Assembly (NCBI GenBank): GCA_003971905.1
Contig: RSEE01000033.1
Location: forward strand, 372,001-436,000
Source of the DNA: Moniliella sp. 'wahieum'
Taxonomy: Eukaryota
Direction of reading: 5' to 3'
DNA: 64,000 nucleotides
Positions 39,295 through 52,265 of the stretch are shown here, piece by piece. Each line of letters starts with the position of its first letter. Positions within the stretch are counted from its first letter, which is position 1. The translations under genes and the position numbers were made by a program. The notes beneath the pieces were generated by a model, which saw only the letters and a program-made list of their open reading frames with translations, had not been told where the DNA came from and made no database searches.

Positions 39295-40285
39295 TCACCA
39301 CAGCTTGTTCATCGCAGCCAACGAGTACTCGACACCAACAAACGTCGCCGCATTCGCCGGGAACGCACGCGCCATGGCTGGCCAGAAGCCCCGGAACAAC
39401 GCGCTGACGCCATCTGCCTTGACTGTCTTGCGGACGCAGTCAGCAAAGCCAGAGTAGGTGCCTGGCGGCGCACCTTGGATCCGCGACTTGATCACGTCCG
39501 GAGGAATGGCGAGAGACCACATCGCCATGCCTGCCATGCCTCCGGCCAGAATGACATTAACCAAGCTCAGGGACTCGCCTGGCTTGGCGTCCGCAGGCGT
39601 CAACCCCTTCTTGACCGCCTCGTAGGCACAGAAGTAGGCTGCGCTGCCGGGACCGTCGCGGGCCAGGGTGGCCCCGAGCCACGGAAGATGGATTTGACTC
39701 CACTTCAGCGTAGAGTTTCTTCAGCACATCTCCCACTCCATTGTATTTCGGCCCGTTGCCGCCTTGGCCTTGGAGCTGGAGCAGCACCTTGACCCGCTCA
39801 GCTGGCGCAGCAACCAACGTGGTGGGCACGGCGCTGAAGAAACCGGCAAAGGCGAGTTCCGGAAGTGAAAGCGTCGTGTCGGTCCGGCTGGGCGTGACAG
39901 CATAGACAAGTTTTTGCCAATGTCGTACGACCAGAAGGACAGGGCAAAGATGGGCGTCACACCCAGGAGCGGGGGTAGCATACCGCGGTACAAGCTGCAA
40001 AATGGGTTGGTCAATGATTAATGACGAGAAATGAAAGAGGGCAGGGATGGTTTACGTACCCACGAATCCCATCTGCCGCAATCGTCTTCTTGACCACGTC
40101 GAGCCCGCCGGTGTAAGTGCCTGGGGGAGCAGTTTGAAGACGTGTCTTGGTCAGGTCGAAGGGCTGGCCGACAAGCACTGCTGCCACGCCGCCAAACCCA
40201 CCCGAGAGGAACGACTTGACCTGGTCCGTCTCATTGCGTTGCTGCTCGTATGTGACAGAGCGTCTTCACTGATTGGGTCGGACAT
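39295..40285 (-). CDS. CRC1: Mitochondrial carnitine/acylcarnitine carrier
   Basis: Three carrier repeats (GQPFDLTKTRLQ, APAERVKVLLQ, IPPDVIKSRIQ), GVTPIFALSFW, RAFPANAATFVG. Intron 39995-40059. Confidence 0.92.
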
Positions 40286-43200
40286 TGGTAAGGGGCGTGT
40301 GGAAAGAACGACACAGGGATGGTGGTGGGGAAGAAGAGCCTTGCTTGCCTGGGTGCGTGACAGTCCGTAGGACGACGGCAGGTGGGTACAATGTGATTTC
40401 TTCTTCCGCACCGGGCCTCGGGCCATGTCTGCCGGTCCGGCCCAGCTAATCGACAGCAGGGGGGCAGTGTGTTTTGATGCCGCCGGCTGTCACGCGCTTG
40501 GTGGGGCCGATAGTGGGAATGAAATCTTGGCACGACTGGGAGCGCAAGCTTCAAATACGTCAACGGCTTGGCTATGGCATTTCAAATCCACCTCCAAGGT
40601 ACTGTCCGGCGCGTCGGCCAGGGCAGTGCCCGGCGGTGTGACACGGGCTGCACGGATGGTAGGATGAGTGCGGCTGGTGGTAGTGCCAAAGGTTGTGGCC
40701 CAATGGAACTTCAACCATTGGTACACTGCAATACGTGGTGCCCGTCCCAAGAAACGCCGGGGGCGCGCCTCTCTCATCGGGCACCCAAGGCTTGATGGCC
40801 AGAGGTCGGCGCTCCCTTTTCAGGCTCCGCTGCAGGGACAATGTCTCCCCTGATGAATGACGGCTTTTGCATGTGTGGGCTGCTCGCCACCATCACAAGT
40901 ACCCTGATCCTCTCCCCCGTTTCCGGACGAAGGAGGGACAACCTCCATTCTCATCCGTTTCCGTGCGATCGATCTCCTTTCGGTCTGCGCTTACAGAATC
41001 AAACACGTTTTCTCGATCAGACACACACAGCCTTGATATAGCACGTTACAATCGCCAACCAGAAAGGTTTGGCCTGTGCGGTTCGACGTACCTTTGGAAA
41101 TCTGGGTTGGACATGTGGACATGTGGCCCGGTGGTCCTTTTTGACTTGGGCCTTGTGGTACCATGAACGGGGGCTTGGTCACTCGGCGGCAACTGGGATG
41201 GGGCTTTCATCCGCCGTTGCCCCTGACCCAGGATAATCAGCGAGGCAGATGGAGGCGGCCATGCAGGGTCCGGCCAAGAAAGCGTCGCGTGGCTTCCCAT
41301 CCGCACCGGTCGCACATTCCATCCCCAAGTCGTTCCGCTGGTGGCGATGGTGGTGGGCAATGGCGCGAGTGTTGGACATGACAGCATAAGCGAGCCAGTC
41401 TCCAGCCGCTCTTTTGTCGGCGTACCGACGACCGCGCTGCGGGCTCGCATTGCACATTTCAATCTCCTTTCCCCATGGGGATGCGTCACATGTCACATCC
41501 CATGTCACATCCCATGTCACATGTGATCGCACGTGTCACGTCGCACTCCTAGTAAGTGGGTGCGTCCCCCCTCCCATCAAGAGATCCAGTCGAGGATGAT
41601 ATTCAATGCCTCCTCTATCATTCCCCACAGCGGGGACATACCACGCAGCTTCATCCTCACTGCCACTATTAGTTCTCCCACAAAATTCACCTTATATGGG
41701 CTGGTGAAGCGACCCATATTGCTCATCATTTCCCTCGGGCAACATAACCTCTATCGCACAACGTCACCGGCGGGCCCCGGCAGGGGGTCATCGCCCAACA
41801 AGCTTGTGGGGTACAATCTCTTAGGAGACGTCAGGACGAATGACGGGACTTTCGGACATGGGCTAGGTTGTGGATCCGAGCGGATCTAGTGACGAGGAGA
41901 GGCCTTTGGGCGTGAAGCGGAGGCGGCTGCACATGCGGCACAATGCCCAGCCTCGGACCTGCCGTGGTGACCGTGGAGCAAGGTATACCGCAGCGCTTCA
42001 GGCTCGGGCAACCGCCTGGCCCTGCTCGTCAACCGACACTTGCCCGACGACGAAACGCCATCTTGTTGACGCCGATGATTGAAACGGGGAGCCGAAAGAT
42101 GTATGTGTCCTTGATACCACAACACTCGATCGGGGGCCGTCACCCTTAGAGCTACGCTCGGCTGAACTATGTCGAACAAAAGGAGAACGACACCCGATTG
42201 GCGTACAGGAAGTCAGTACCAAGACCGCTGGAGAGCGTTGAATTGACATAACGTGGAACTCGTTAGGCTGACCAAGGTGGTGGGGGTGGATGCACATTAC
42301 TTGGCCAACCTGGAGCCTGGCCTCCACCTCTTTTTCGTGGCCGTGATCGACGTGCCTACTTTCTTCCCTCCTGAACCAAAACGGTGGAAGAGCACTCAAT
42401 CTGTGTAGTGCAAGTGCCTTGTTCTACTTTCCCCTCTTTGGTGTAACCCCTCCAAGACTCCAAAGTTTCCTCTTCTCGCCCCATTACTATCCGTCTCCCA
42501 ATTGCGGTTGAGACCCCCCGTCCCTCCCCATCGTATGGATGTACATCCCCCTTCCGTGTCCCGTTCCAGAATCGTATAACGGGTTGCCTTGTCCAATTGA
42601 CCCACATCACGGCTCTACAGGTATAGTAGAGTAGTAGATATAGGAAAGAGACCGATGAACTCACCGCCAGTAGAAAAAAGCAGCTCGGTTCCATTCCCAT
42701 AGTCCCCATGATTTGTGGCGTGCTGTCGTCCGCGACGCATCCAACTAAAGACACACCGACTATATCATTTCCTTTGGGGTATCTACTAGCCACCCACTGC
42801 AGTCAGCACGGCTGCGTGCATGAAGTGCATGAGGTGCACGAGGCAGCATGGCACGATGGGTTAAGAAAACGATTACCACCGCAGTTGTCATTCGACTATT
42901 CTTCCGAACGAATTTGGTGTGGGGATGGATAAAACAGAGGGATAAGACCAATGAGAGAGACGACGGTTACTGGACTCGAACAAACAAAAATCCATCGGAT
43001 TGTTGGATACATGAAGAAGGAATACCACCGATGGACAGGGACATAAAAGAAAGATTGATACGGGAGAGCATGGGACGGTCGCCAGGAAAGGATAGACTCA
43101 ATATACATCGAGTTGATGGGCTGCCAGAATGAATGCGTATCTCGAGTGAAAGGAATGCACATACGGCCTGAGAATAAAGCACTCGCGGTGGTGCCGCCCG

Positions 43201-43417
43201 CATAACATGATAACAGGTAACCAAAAAACGTAGGACCCACAACTTCCTACCCCACGTAAAAGAAGGTCTCTTGATGGCTTCGATGACTGTAGCCGGATGA
43301 AAAGATTGTTGGGGGGGGCAGCAGTAAAACAAAAGGAAAAGATGGAGAGAGCGGACAACACTGCTACCCCTCCCACGCACAAACAGCGGGTAATAGAAAA
43401 CTCGATATACCTCATAT

Positions 43418-44927
43418 TCATACCAGCTTATACGAAGAGAGCCGCAGCACCCCCACCGCGGCAAGGGCTGCACCGGCCACACCTCCTGCAGCTTGAACAT
43501 GAGCCGCACCACCCTTCTTATCCTTCGCCGAACTCGTGGTGGAACTTCCCGCCGCCGAGGCGGGAGCACTGCTGGCTGACGCCGTTGGAGTAGCAGACGA
43601 GGATGAGCTTAGGTCGGTAACGGAGTAACTCGGCTTGGCTGTACCAATGGCAAGCGAGGCGACCGAACTTGCCACAATGTCCTGAGCAGACGGAATGACA
43701 GAGGGCAAAATGGTACCTGCCACATATTCGGCAAAGTTGGGGTAAACAATGTCCTCCTTGTACGGTGTGGTGTTGTTGAGGCAGGTCTGGACGGGGACAA
43801 TGTGCGCAAACTCTTGCTTGATGTTACCGTATTCCTGCATCATCAGGTGCATCGTCGAAGCATCAATCTCATGCGTAAGAACAATGATACCATTGGTCGC
43901 GGAGGCGCCAGAGGAGATGATGGATGCATAATTATTGACAATCTCAGACGACGGAACAGTGCCCTCCCTGTCATAGCACATATGGCAGTCAGCAAGCGCA
44001 CACCAACAACACTCCCAACATAACGGAGTCGAGACGCGGTACTTACGGTTGAACGGACCAGTCGTTGGTGTCGGCAGCCCAGAGGACGGTCTCAAGGCCA
44101 AGTGCAGCAGCAATGTAGCGTACACGGTCATCCACATCACCATACGGCGGACGCCAGGAGGTGACGGTCACACCCGTTGTCCACTTGATGACCTTGATGG
44201 TGTAGTAAAACTCAGCAAAGACTTGCGTGTTGGTGAGGGAGGTGGTGTAGCGATGGGACCAAGTATGGCAGGCGAGTTGATGACCGTCCGTCAGGCCGCG
44301 CTGAGCTTGCAACGGCCAGTCCAAAACATTGGAGCCAATGTAGAACATGGTGGCCGTCTGCTTGTTGGACTTGAGGAAATCATAAAAGGCATTGTGGGTG
44401 CAGTTGGGGCCATCGTCAAAGGTCAGACCCCAGGTGCGCGCCTCGGGGCAGTTAGTGAGGTCGGGTTTGAGGCCAGGCAACTTGGGCTGGGTGCAGGTGG
44501 TCTCGGTCCACCAGCAGTCGGGGTCTTGCTGGTTGTTGTAGGTGGTGCCTTGCTCCGAGTTGGTGGGCTGGCCCTTGGGCGCAATTTTGGGAATGCCAGC
44601 GGAAATGGAATTGTACAGGTTCTGGGCTTCCTGGTCGCCGGGCACAATGTCAGCAATCTCCCACGAGGTGGGGAAAGCGTGTGTCCAGGACGAGGCAGGC
44701 CCGTAGCTGTACGCGGCGCACTCTTGCGTCGACACGGTGAGGGACTGCCAGGTCTGGTCGTTGTAGGTGACCTGGCGGCGCTGAAGGCCACGCTTGGCGG
44801 CGCGAGCCTTCATGTCGCTGGGCAAGCGGCCGGGGAAGCCGGCGCCGACATGAGCGGAGACAAGGTCGGGGGCCGCCAGGGCGATGGCGAGCAGAGCGGG
44901 GAGGATGGCTGGAGCAAGCGAGCGCAT
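43418..44927 (-). CDS. Chitin deacetylase (CE4/NodB), probably GPI-anchored
   Basis: Signal peptide, TFDDGP, HTWSH, WRPPYGDVDDRVR, DTNDW, GIIVLTHE, Ser/Ala-rich stalk and hydrophobic tail. Intron 43968-44046. Confidence 0.95.
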
Positions 44928-45704
44928 TCTGGGACGGGAGCAAAACGGAGGGGCGTCGACGGAGGGGGGAATTCGAACTGGGAGGGGCGGGGGGGGAGGG
45001 GGCTGGGTTATAAACGCGGCAGCAGGCGAGCGCCTCGGAAGCGTGCAGGTGCGGGGCAGAAGGGAAGGTAGGCACTGGGTCGGCCGACGCCTCGGATCTC
45101 GGGCCTAAGATCTAAGCATCATTATAGGCGGTGGGCGCACTGGCAGGCAGTCTCCCGCCGACGAACGCGAGGGGCCCGGTGCCTGGGCACGGGCAAGCGC
45201 CGACCGGCAGCTCGGCAGTGTGCCTCGTGTCCAGCGAGTGTCGTGCGCTGCTGCCTGCTGCCTGCTTAGCGCCCAACCGATGCGGCACAGGTGGTGGGGC
45301 CCCATCTGCATCATCCACCCCGCATCACTGCTCAAGTACCCAGTCCTCGGCTGCAGCGCGGACGGGTGACCAGTGACAGTGGCCCTGGCGCACGCGACGA
45401 GCATCTTGCCGATCGCAACCGAGGCGACGACATTGGGGCATCAGCACACTGTGCCTGCTGTGCCCGGTCGTGCCTGGCCGAGGGTTAAACCAAAGTATCG
45501 CTGTGCTCCCCCTGCCGAGCTGCCGGGCGCAAGGGGCCAGCGCCACGGCGCCCTTCATGGACTCAGGCACTGAGGCGCTTATTGAGCGCCTGGAGCGGCC
45601 GGAGATGGGCAACCTAGGCGTGGGAACTGTGTGATGCAGCGGCAGCGCTGTGGCAGCCAGTAGTCAGTAGAGGTGGCGCATGCGCCGATCAACGCGAATT
45701 CTCA

Positions 45705-46250
45705 TGGTACATGATGCATGATGCATGATGCATGATGTGTATTGAATTCGCATTGCTGAGCAACACTGGCGAGAGAGGGCGAGGAACAATGATTAAAGAT
45801 CGATGATCGATGATCAATGATTAATGATGCATGATGCACAGGCTGAGCGCTGTGCGGCTGAGGCCATGCCATGATGTGTGATGCATGCATGCCAGCCGGC
45901 CGCGAGCGCGAGCGCAAGCCGAAACCGGAGCGAGTCCGAGCTGCCTGGGGCGTCACCTGACGCGTGACGCCTGACGTGCGACGCGGGACACTTGAAGCTT
46001 GAAGCTTGAAGCTTGAAGTTAAGGCTTGAAGCTAAGATGGAGTACACGTGCCCCGGTCACCGGCCTCACCGGTCACATGCACCCAACTGCGCGTCGAGCC
46101 CATATAGGCCGAGTCATTAATGGTTAGTCACTAGACACTAGTAGTCATTAGCCCTAAGAACAGCCGGCCCTCGCCTGCCCTCGCGTCTTTCCTTGGTGCG
46201 CCTCTTATCGATTATCGCATCCACCAACATCGATCGGATCGATCAGGACT
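45705..46250. repeat. Cluster of 7-bp-period TNA+palindromic-tetramer arrays
   Basis: (TGATGCA)3 at 45712, mixed TTAA/TCGA/TGCA array 45790-45838, CGCG-to-AGCT array 45958-46020, TTATCGATTA 46205. Confidence 0.85.
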
Positions 46251-47629
46251 CTCACTATTCAGACTATTACCCTGATGCATGAATCATGGATGGTCAATTT
46301 TCCTTTTCTTGTCGTGAACCATGGATGGTCAATTTTCCTTTTCTTGTCGAATCGGAAGGTCGTTTTTACTCCCTTTTTAGTCTTTGTTTTGTATATTGAT
46401 TCGTTCATTCTTCTTCCGAGAGACGTTTTGGATGAAGTTTGCGGGTGGATACTCTTTTGCTGGAGGGTAGTGCTCCCTTACACGGCCCTTGGTTGATCGG
46501 TGACGCTCGCATAGCCGGGCGGATGAAGAGTAGTTCCGCTCTTGGCAGGGCTACGCACCCTGCTTATCCCTCCTCTCTCTCCTGTCTCCTTCCCTTCAGG
46601 CCCTTCAGGCGTTGCTTGAAGACTTGTGGCTCACCACTTTTCCTTCACGCCTTAGGTTTAGCTTCTGCTTCCTTCCCTGGCCTGTTGCTCTTCACAACTA
46701 ATGAGACGTTGCTTGAAGACATGCGGCTCACTACTTTGCCTTCACGCCTTCTCTGAAGGCTACTTTGCAGCTGATCCGTATGATCGCGAAGAGTGCTCCC
46801 AAGTCGCATTCTAGCATCTTTGTCTCGAAGAGCTCTGCACAGCATCACTGTTTCTGTCCTTTCTATTCTCCTCTGCATAGGTTACGAGGGGACCACTGGG
46901 CCTATTATACGGCCCGGTCTGCTGGGGCTTCTCCCCAGCTTGTTTGAGTGCTAGGCCACCGTAGCCACCGTAACCACCGTTCCAATGTTCCACCGTGTCC
47001 CATGCTTTGAATTTCATCACCAATACGCTGGGATATGCGCGGTGGTAAACCTAAACAATTACTAGGAGTATGCACACCATCGTGTTCTCTTTTATCTTTT
47101 TTGTCCCAGCAGCTTAAGCTCTGTCAATGATATGGCTACAGAATATAGGAGGTACTGATCAAGCTGATCAAGCGAAGACAGATGGCGGAAAGCGCGCCAT
47201 ATCCCACAGGCGTGCATTGCTGGCGCACCCACATTATCGTATACACATGTGTTACCGTGTGGGTGATGATCTCTGTGAGAAGGCGACTTGTACAATAGTA
47301 GTCTCTCTTCTCCTTTGGACTTTGGCACATCATCTAACCCCCGCTTCAACGGCTGATCCATCTGCCGATCCAAAGGGAAAAGGCTTCCTGTGTGTGGCAA
47401 ACGTCCCTGTCGCTTTTCCTTGTGATTATTGAAGCTGTTGTGGAAATACGGGACATCCCCTGTGACTGTGGGGTTGCTGGCTTCCCAAGCGGAGACCTTC
47501 CCTGCCCATCGGGACAAGACTCACGGAGGACTAAACGCGTTTCAGATCCAAAGCCCCAAGAAGCACTGGCGTGAACGTTGCAGGGTCGTGAGTAGTGCTT
47601 TACTGTTCGTCAGGCAGAGCCAAGCAGCG

Positions 47630-47860
47630 TCCGTGTCGGGATCAGACTCACTTGATCACATTCTCTGTCACCAAGTTATCTGGCCCCCTTTGATTTGTTC
47701 TAGACCCTGTTTTCCCCCTTTGGATTGTGCTCCCTCTTTCCCTCCATGTGATTCAGCTCGCATGTTCTCTTCTTCTCCGAGGCATATATACCTCGCCTCC
47801 TCTTCACTCGATGAATATGATCCTCATCCTTTCCCCCATCTCCATCTCCCGTTAGTCCGC
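47630..47860 (-). repeat. Dispersed repeat copy B (inverted relative to copy A at ~20706-20930)
   Basis: Its reverse complement aligns by eye with 20706-20930 over ~225 bp, with scattered substitutions and small indels. Confidence 0.8.
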
Positions 47861-49863
47861 GGGGAGGTTGCACGTTCGGGGTCGGACGAGAAAGCTGCGA
47901 GTCCCGAGGGGCGAGGGAGGGGAAGCACGCTGATCGCAAAGGTGGTTCTTCTAGAGTGGAGTTTGCCTAGAAGAGGGATGAAGTGGAACGGGAAGAAATC
48001 AAAATGGGGGGCGGCTTGGGCCATCACCATATATTTGGATCTAAGAACAGGCAGGTTTTATAGAAGAGAAAGGGAAGAAAGGGCAGACCAACAGGTCTAC
48101 AGCAAAGGGGAACGAGTCAAAGGGAAGAAGTGAGGACCAAGTGCGAGGTGCCCGAGGTGAGAGACGAGGCGAGGGTCAAGGGCAAAGTGAACCCGAGACG
48201 AGAAACGAGGCGAGAGAGCGAGTCGAAATCATGTGTAGTGTTTTGGATTTTGACGAGCGGAGCGGAGAAGAGACAATTTGTTATGCATTTGTAGATGTGT
48301 TGAGAAACGAAAGCGAAGGATGGCGAACTTGAGTGGTGATAGTAAGAGAAACCGAGAAGCGAGAGCGACGATGAGGAAGTGGAGGTAGCGCGACTTAATC
48401 GTCGCCCCGTGATATTCCCCCTGCGCATTCTCCTGAATTTGTTGTGAATGCACGCGCTCGGGGCCGTGTTGGGCGCGTGTTGCGTCCTTGAGCGAGAGAT
48501 GACGAGCAAGGTAGGTGTCCACAGCAAAAAGACAACCCTGATGATGTGCCGAAGGGATTGAACCCCTTATTACATTCAATTCTGACTTGTGGACCGTAAG
48601 AGGAAATCATTCTAACGACGGGCGGCCCTGCACAGGCCAGCCAAGTACCTTTGCCCTGTCATCAAAAGGGAGAGGGAAGAGAGTTTCTCCGGAGTTTTTG
48701 ATGGTTGTGTGGCTCGCACATTTTTCTTCTCCCTCAAAAAGATTAGTACCTTTTGCATCCTTTGTTGTCACTACCGCCACGATCGGCTATAAAAGCTCTC
48801 TCGCTCTTCCAATGTCCTATTTCTGTCTCCCGTGTATCTTTTGCTCTTCCCTTTCCTCTCCTTTGCTCCTGACACCTGGGCGATGACATTGGTTCCTCCG
48901 CGAACGATCTTAGGATTTCCCCCGTCTCGTCAAGGCACCCTCCTGTAGCCCCGTTAGAGTCCTGTTGGCCAGTGGGTACGGCGCATAATACCCTCGGCGT
49001 GGCTTTTTGACAACCGTTTTGCTTTAAGGCCGAGAACATGATGATTGAGATAAATGTTCAAACGGAAAAGGGGCGGCTTGCTTACTATTCAATGCACAAG
49101 GACTGGTTTGCGGGGGCATCCTTCTGATAGCAGTTTTGGATGGGGAAGGGGCACAGCAATAATGGATTTCTTCGACTTGATTGGTCCGTCTCGTTGCCCT
49201 GACGACAATAGTCCGCGTGACCGACCACAGCCAGAACGACCGATCCGATGGTCGGTGCAACGCAGCTGATCCGTCACGGTGACCGGTGGCCGGTGGCCGG
49301 TGAGCGGTGACCCGTTTCGGTTTGAAATTGTAGCTTGGAAGCATAGATAGTGCTTGCACTGTGAATTTGAATTGCAAAGGCCGGATTGACTGGGGGCGGC
49401 GGGTGTGCGGTGGGCAGTGCGCCAGTTGAGACTGCCGCCGTGATGCCGGGGTGTGTTGAACGTTGAGAGACTGCACAGGTGCAGGCAGATACGCCGGTAT
49501 CAAATCGGGTTGATGCATGAGGCATGATGCATGACGCATGGCGCTCGAGCCAATTAAAAACTCCATATCCAACGCTCATCGATCCATCACCGATCGTATC
49601 AATAGCAGCGCATCCTGCGCCAGATGCGATGCCTGATGCCTGAGACCTGCAGCTGGGGACCCCATGCGCTTCGGTCGGAGTGCGGTTGCAATCCTTCCAG
49701 CCCGGCAAAGTGCCCCTTGTGCCCGCTGCCCACACAGCAATCATTAATCAACACGCGACGGACCCAGGCCAGTACCCCCCCGCCACCCCACCCCATCGCC
49801 TTCTCCTATGCCACCCACGCCGGCTGCTTGATCTGCCCACCCATCCCTCTGTCCGAGCCCGCC

Positions 49864-52265
49864 ATGCCAGCCGCGTCCCATTCCCATTCGCGCTCTCGCT
49901 CCCGCGGCCCGCCGCCGCAGCAGCTTACAACCACCTCTCCGACTCCATCGCCTCCCTCTCTGCTCGTGCTACCGTGACCCAGGCCGGAGCCCAGGCGCTC
50001 GACTCGTCCACGCCACTCGGTGTCGACCTTCTCTACCGCTGGGACGAGCCCGATGCCGCCCACAGCAGCGACGAAGAGAGCGATTTCACTCCTCCCCCTC
50101 CTGCTTCTGGGCAGGGCACCGAAGAGGCCGCAGCTGGAGCCGACCGCTCCACCGACGCATCACCTTTGTTTCCTGCCGAGGAAGAGGACCATCTCGCATG
50201 GTGTCGTCATCTTCCTTGGTGGAAGCGCCCGTCGGATGTAATGTTGCGACCCTTTGTCTTCTTTCTCGCCGTGGCCACTGGACTAGTTATCCCCGTCCGA
50301 GTCGAGTTTTTCGATCAACTGGCATGCGAATCCCTGTATGCTTCCGCCCCCGCCGCACCTGGCTTACCTACCGGTGCCTCTATTGTGGGTTGGGCATCGG
50401 GCTCAAGCTGGTTCCAAAGTTCCCCCGGCATGGTTGCTCCACACCTTCCTTATGGCCCCGATGACCCTGCGCTGTGCCACTCTGCACCTGTGCTGGCCCG
50501 CAGTGCGAGTCAGCAAATGCGCTTCACGGTGGTATGTGGTCTACTGTCGGTGTTGACGACTGGATGGTGGTGCGGTCGATCCGATCGGATGGGCCGACGT
50601 GGTGTGATGATTTGGGGTGCGCTGGGGATGGCAGTCAATGCGGCCGTGTTCGTCATCACGGCTATTGTGCCTCGGACACAGTTGCCGGGGGGTGCCAACT
50701 TTTTGCTCGTGGGTGCTGTGGTTGAAGGATTGGTTGGTGGCATGCCGACGGCGATGGCTACCTTCAATGCGTACATTGCTGATGCCACCCCTCCGGAACC
50801 AAGGCGATAGGCTTCAGCATGTTCCTTGGACTCTTTACATTGCGTTAGCGGTCGGGCCCGTGCTTGGTGGTCGCATTGTTGCAGTAAGCGGCTTGGTCAG
50901 TGTCTTTTATGTCGCGACCGCCATCAACACTTTGTACTTTGCCTTTGTCTTGCTTTTCTTGCCCGAGTCGTGCTCGCCTTCGGTCCTGGCCCACTCCCAG
51001 AAACAGGACCTGGCTCGCACGAGATTAAACCAAGCAGATCTGGAGGCCAAGCTTGCATCTTTCTCCCACCCGGATCCATCAACTCTGGGTCCACATCATG
51101 TTCCATATTGCCCATGTTTTCCAGCCCTTGTCCGTCTTGATTCCTCCAAAAGTGGCCGTGGAGGCAGAACCTACGTCGGTGCCCAGCGAAGCCGAATCCA
51201 GCGAGGTGTCCCCTCTGTTGGACCCATCCCGCCGGGCCTCGGCATACAGTGCTATCAGTGGCATGACATCGGCCGAGACCAATGCCTCCTACATCTCCGT
51301 CTCGCACGTGTCGAAAAGTGGAAGCGGGACTATAACCTGCTGATTGTGGCGCTGGCCATGTGGTTCGAAGTCTCGGTAGTCGGGGTGCTTGGGAGCAAGA
51401 TGTTGTATGCTCAACAGCATTTCCACTGGGGTGCCCCCGAAATGGGTGAATTCATGACCGCTGCTTCCTTAACTCGCGTGTTGGCCTTGACCCTGATCCT
51501 GCCCTTGGCTATCAAACTGCTTCACCGACCTACGCGCCGGATTGCACTCCCCCAGGACAACGATACGCGGCACCACATACTGGACCACGAGGGGCGCGTG
51601 TCCCGTCGTCAATCACGTGCGCCCCTTGGCAGCGACATGCCGTACGACGAGGATGGGGAGGAAGAGGAAGCCTACTCCTCCGGATCGGACGTGGGAGATC
51701 AAACCCTGACCGACGTGGAGCGGAAGATTGAGCACGCATGGACGATGCGTGCAACCCATCTCCGTCTGCTGCACGATAGCCGTTTGACCTGCATGTGGCT
51801 CGGTGGAGCATGCTGGTCGCGGTGGTATGCTACCTAGGCACGGCCACGGCCCAAACGGGGGGCATGTTTATCGTTTGGAGTTGTGCTGCCTGCTTGGGCG
51901 CCGGAGCTGGTGCGGCCATTTCGTCGCTGGCAGTGGCACTGTTGAAGGACCCAAAGGACGCGGGGCGTCTGTTCGGGGCCAACTCGATGCTGTCAGCCAT
52001 TGGACAGACGGTGATCAGCCCCATCGTCTTTACCCGCGTCTACCAGACTACCGCCGATACCTCCTATTCGTGGGCCATCTTTGTCCTTGCTGCTGGTACG
52101 TCATTGCGCCCCTTGGCCCCATCTTCATGTTCTGACCAATGCGATGTTCCAGGTCTGTTTGGCAGTTCCTTTATTCTGCTTTGCTTGGTGCGGGTGCGTA
52201 AGCCCAAGTCCCTTCCCGCCTTACCCCCTCGTCCAGCGTCGCGGCCGGTGAGCTTTGCTCTCTAG
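49864..52265 (+). CDS. Major facilitator superfamily transporter (TetA/SLC46-like)
   Basis: LPWWKRPS, WWCGRSDRMGRRGV (MFS motif A), EGLVGG..AYIADAT, ALAVGPVLGG, DAGRLFGA; multiple TM segments. Intron ~52096-52152; frameshifts. Confidence 0.9.

Noticed and set aside
41600..43400. ORF fragments between CRC1 and chitin deacetylase
   Set aside because: No domain or consistent frame recognised; cannot support a gene or element call.
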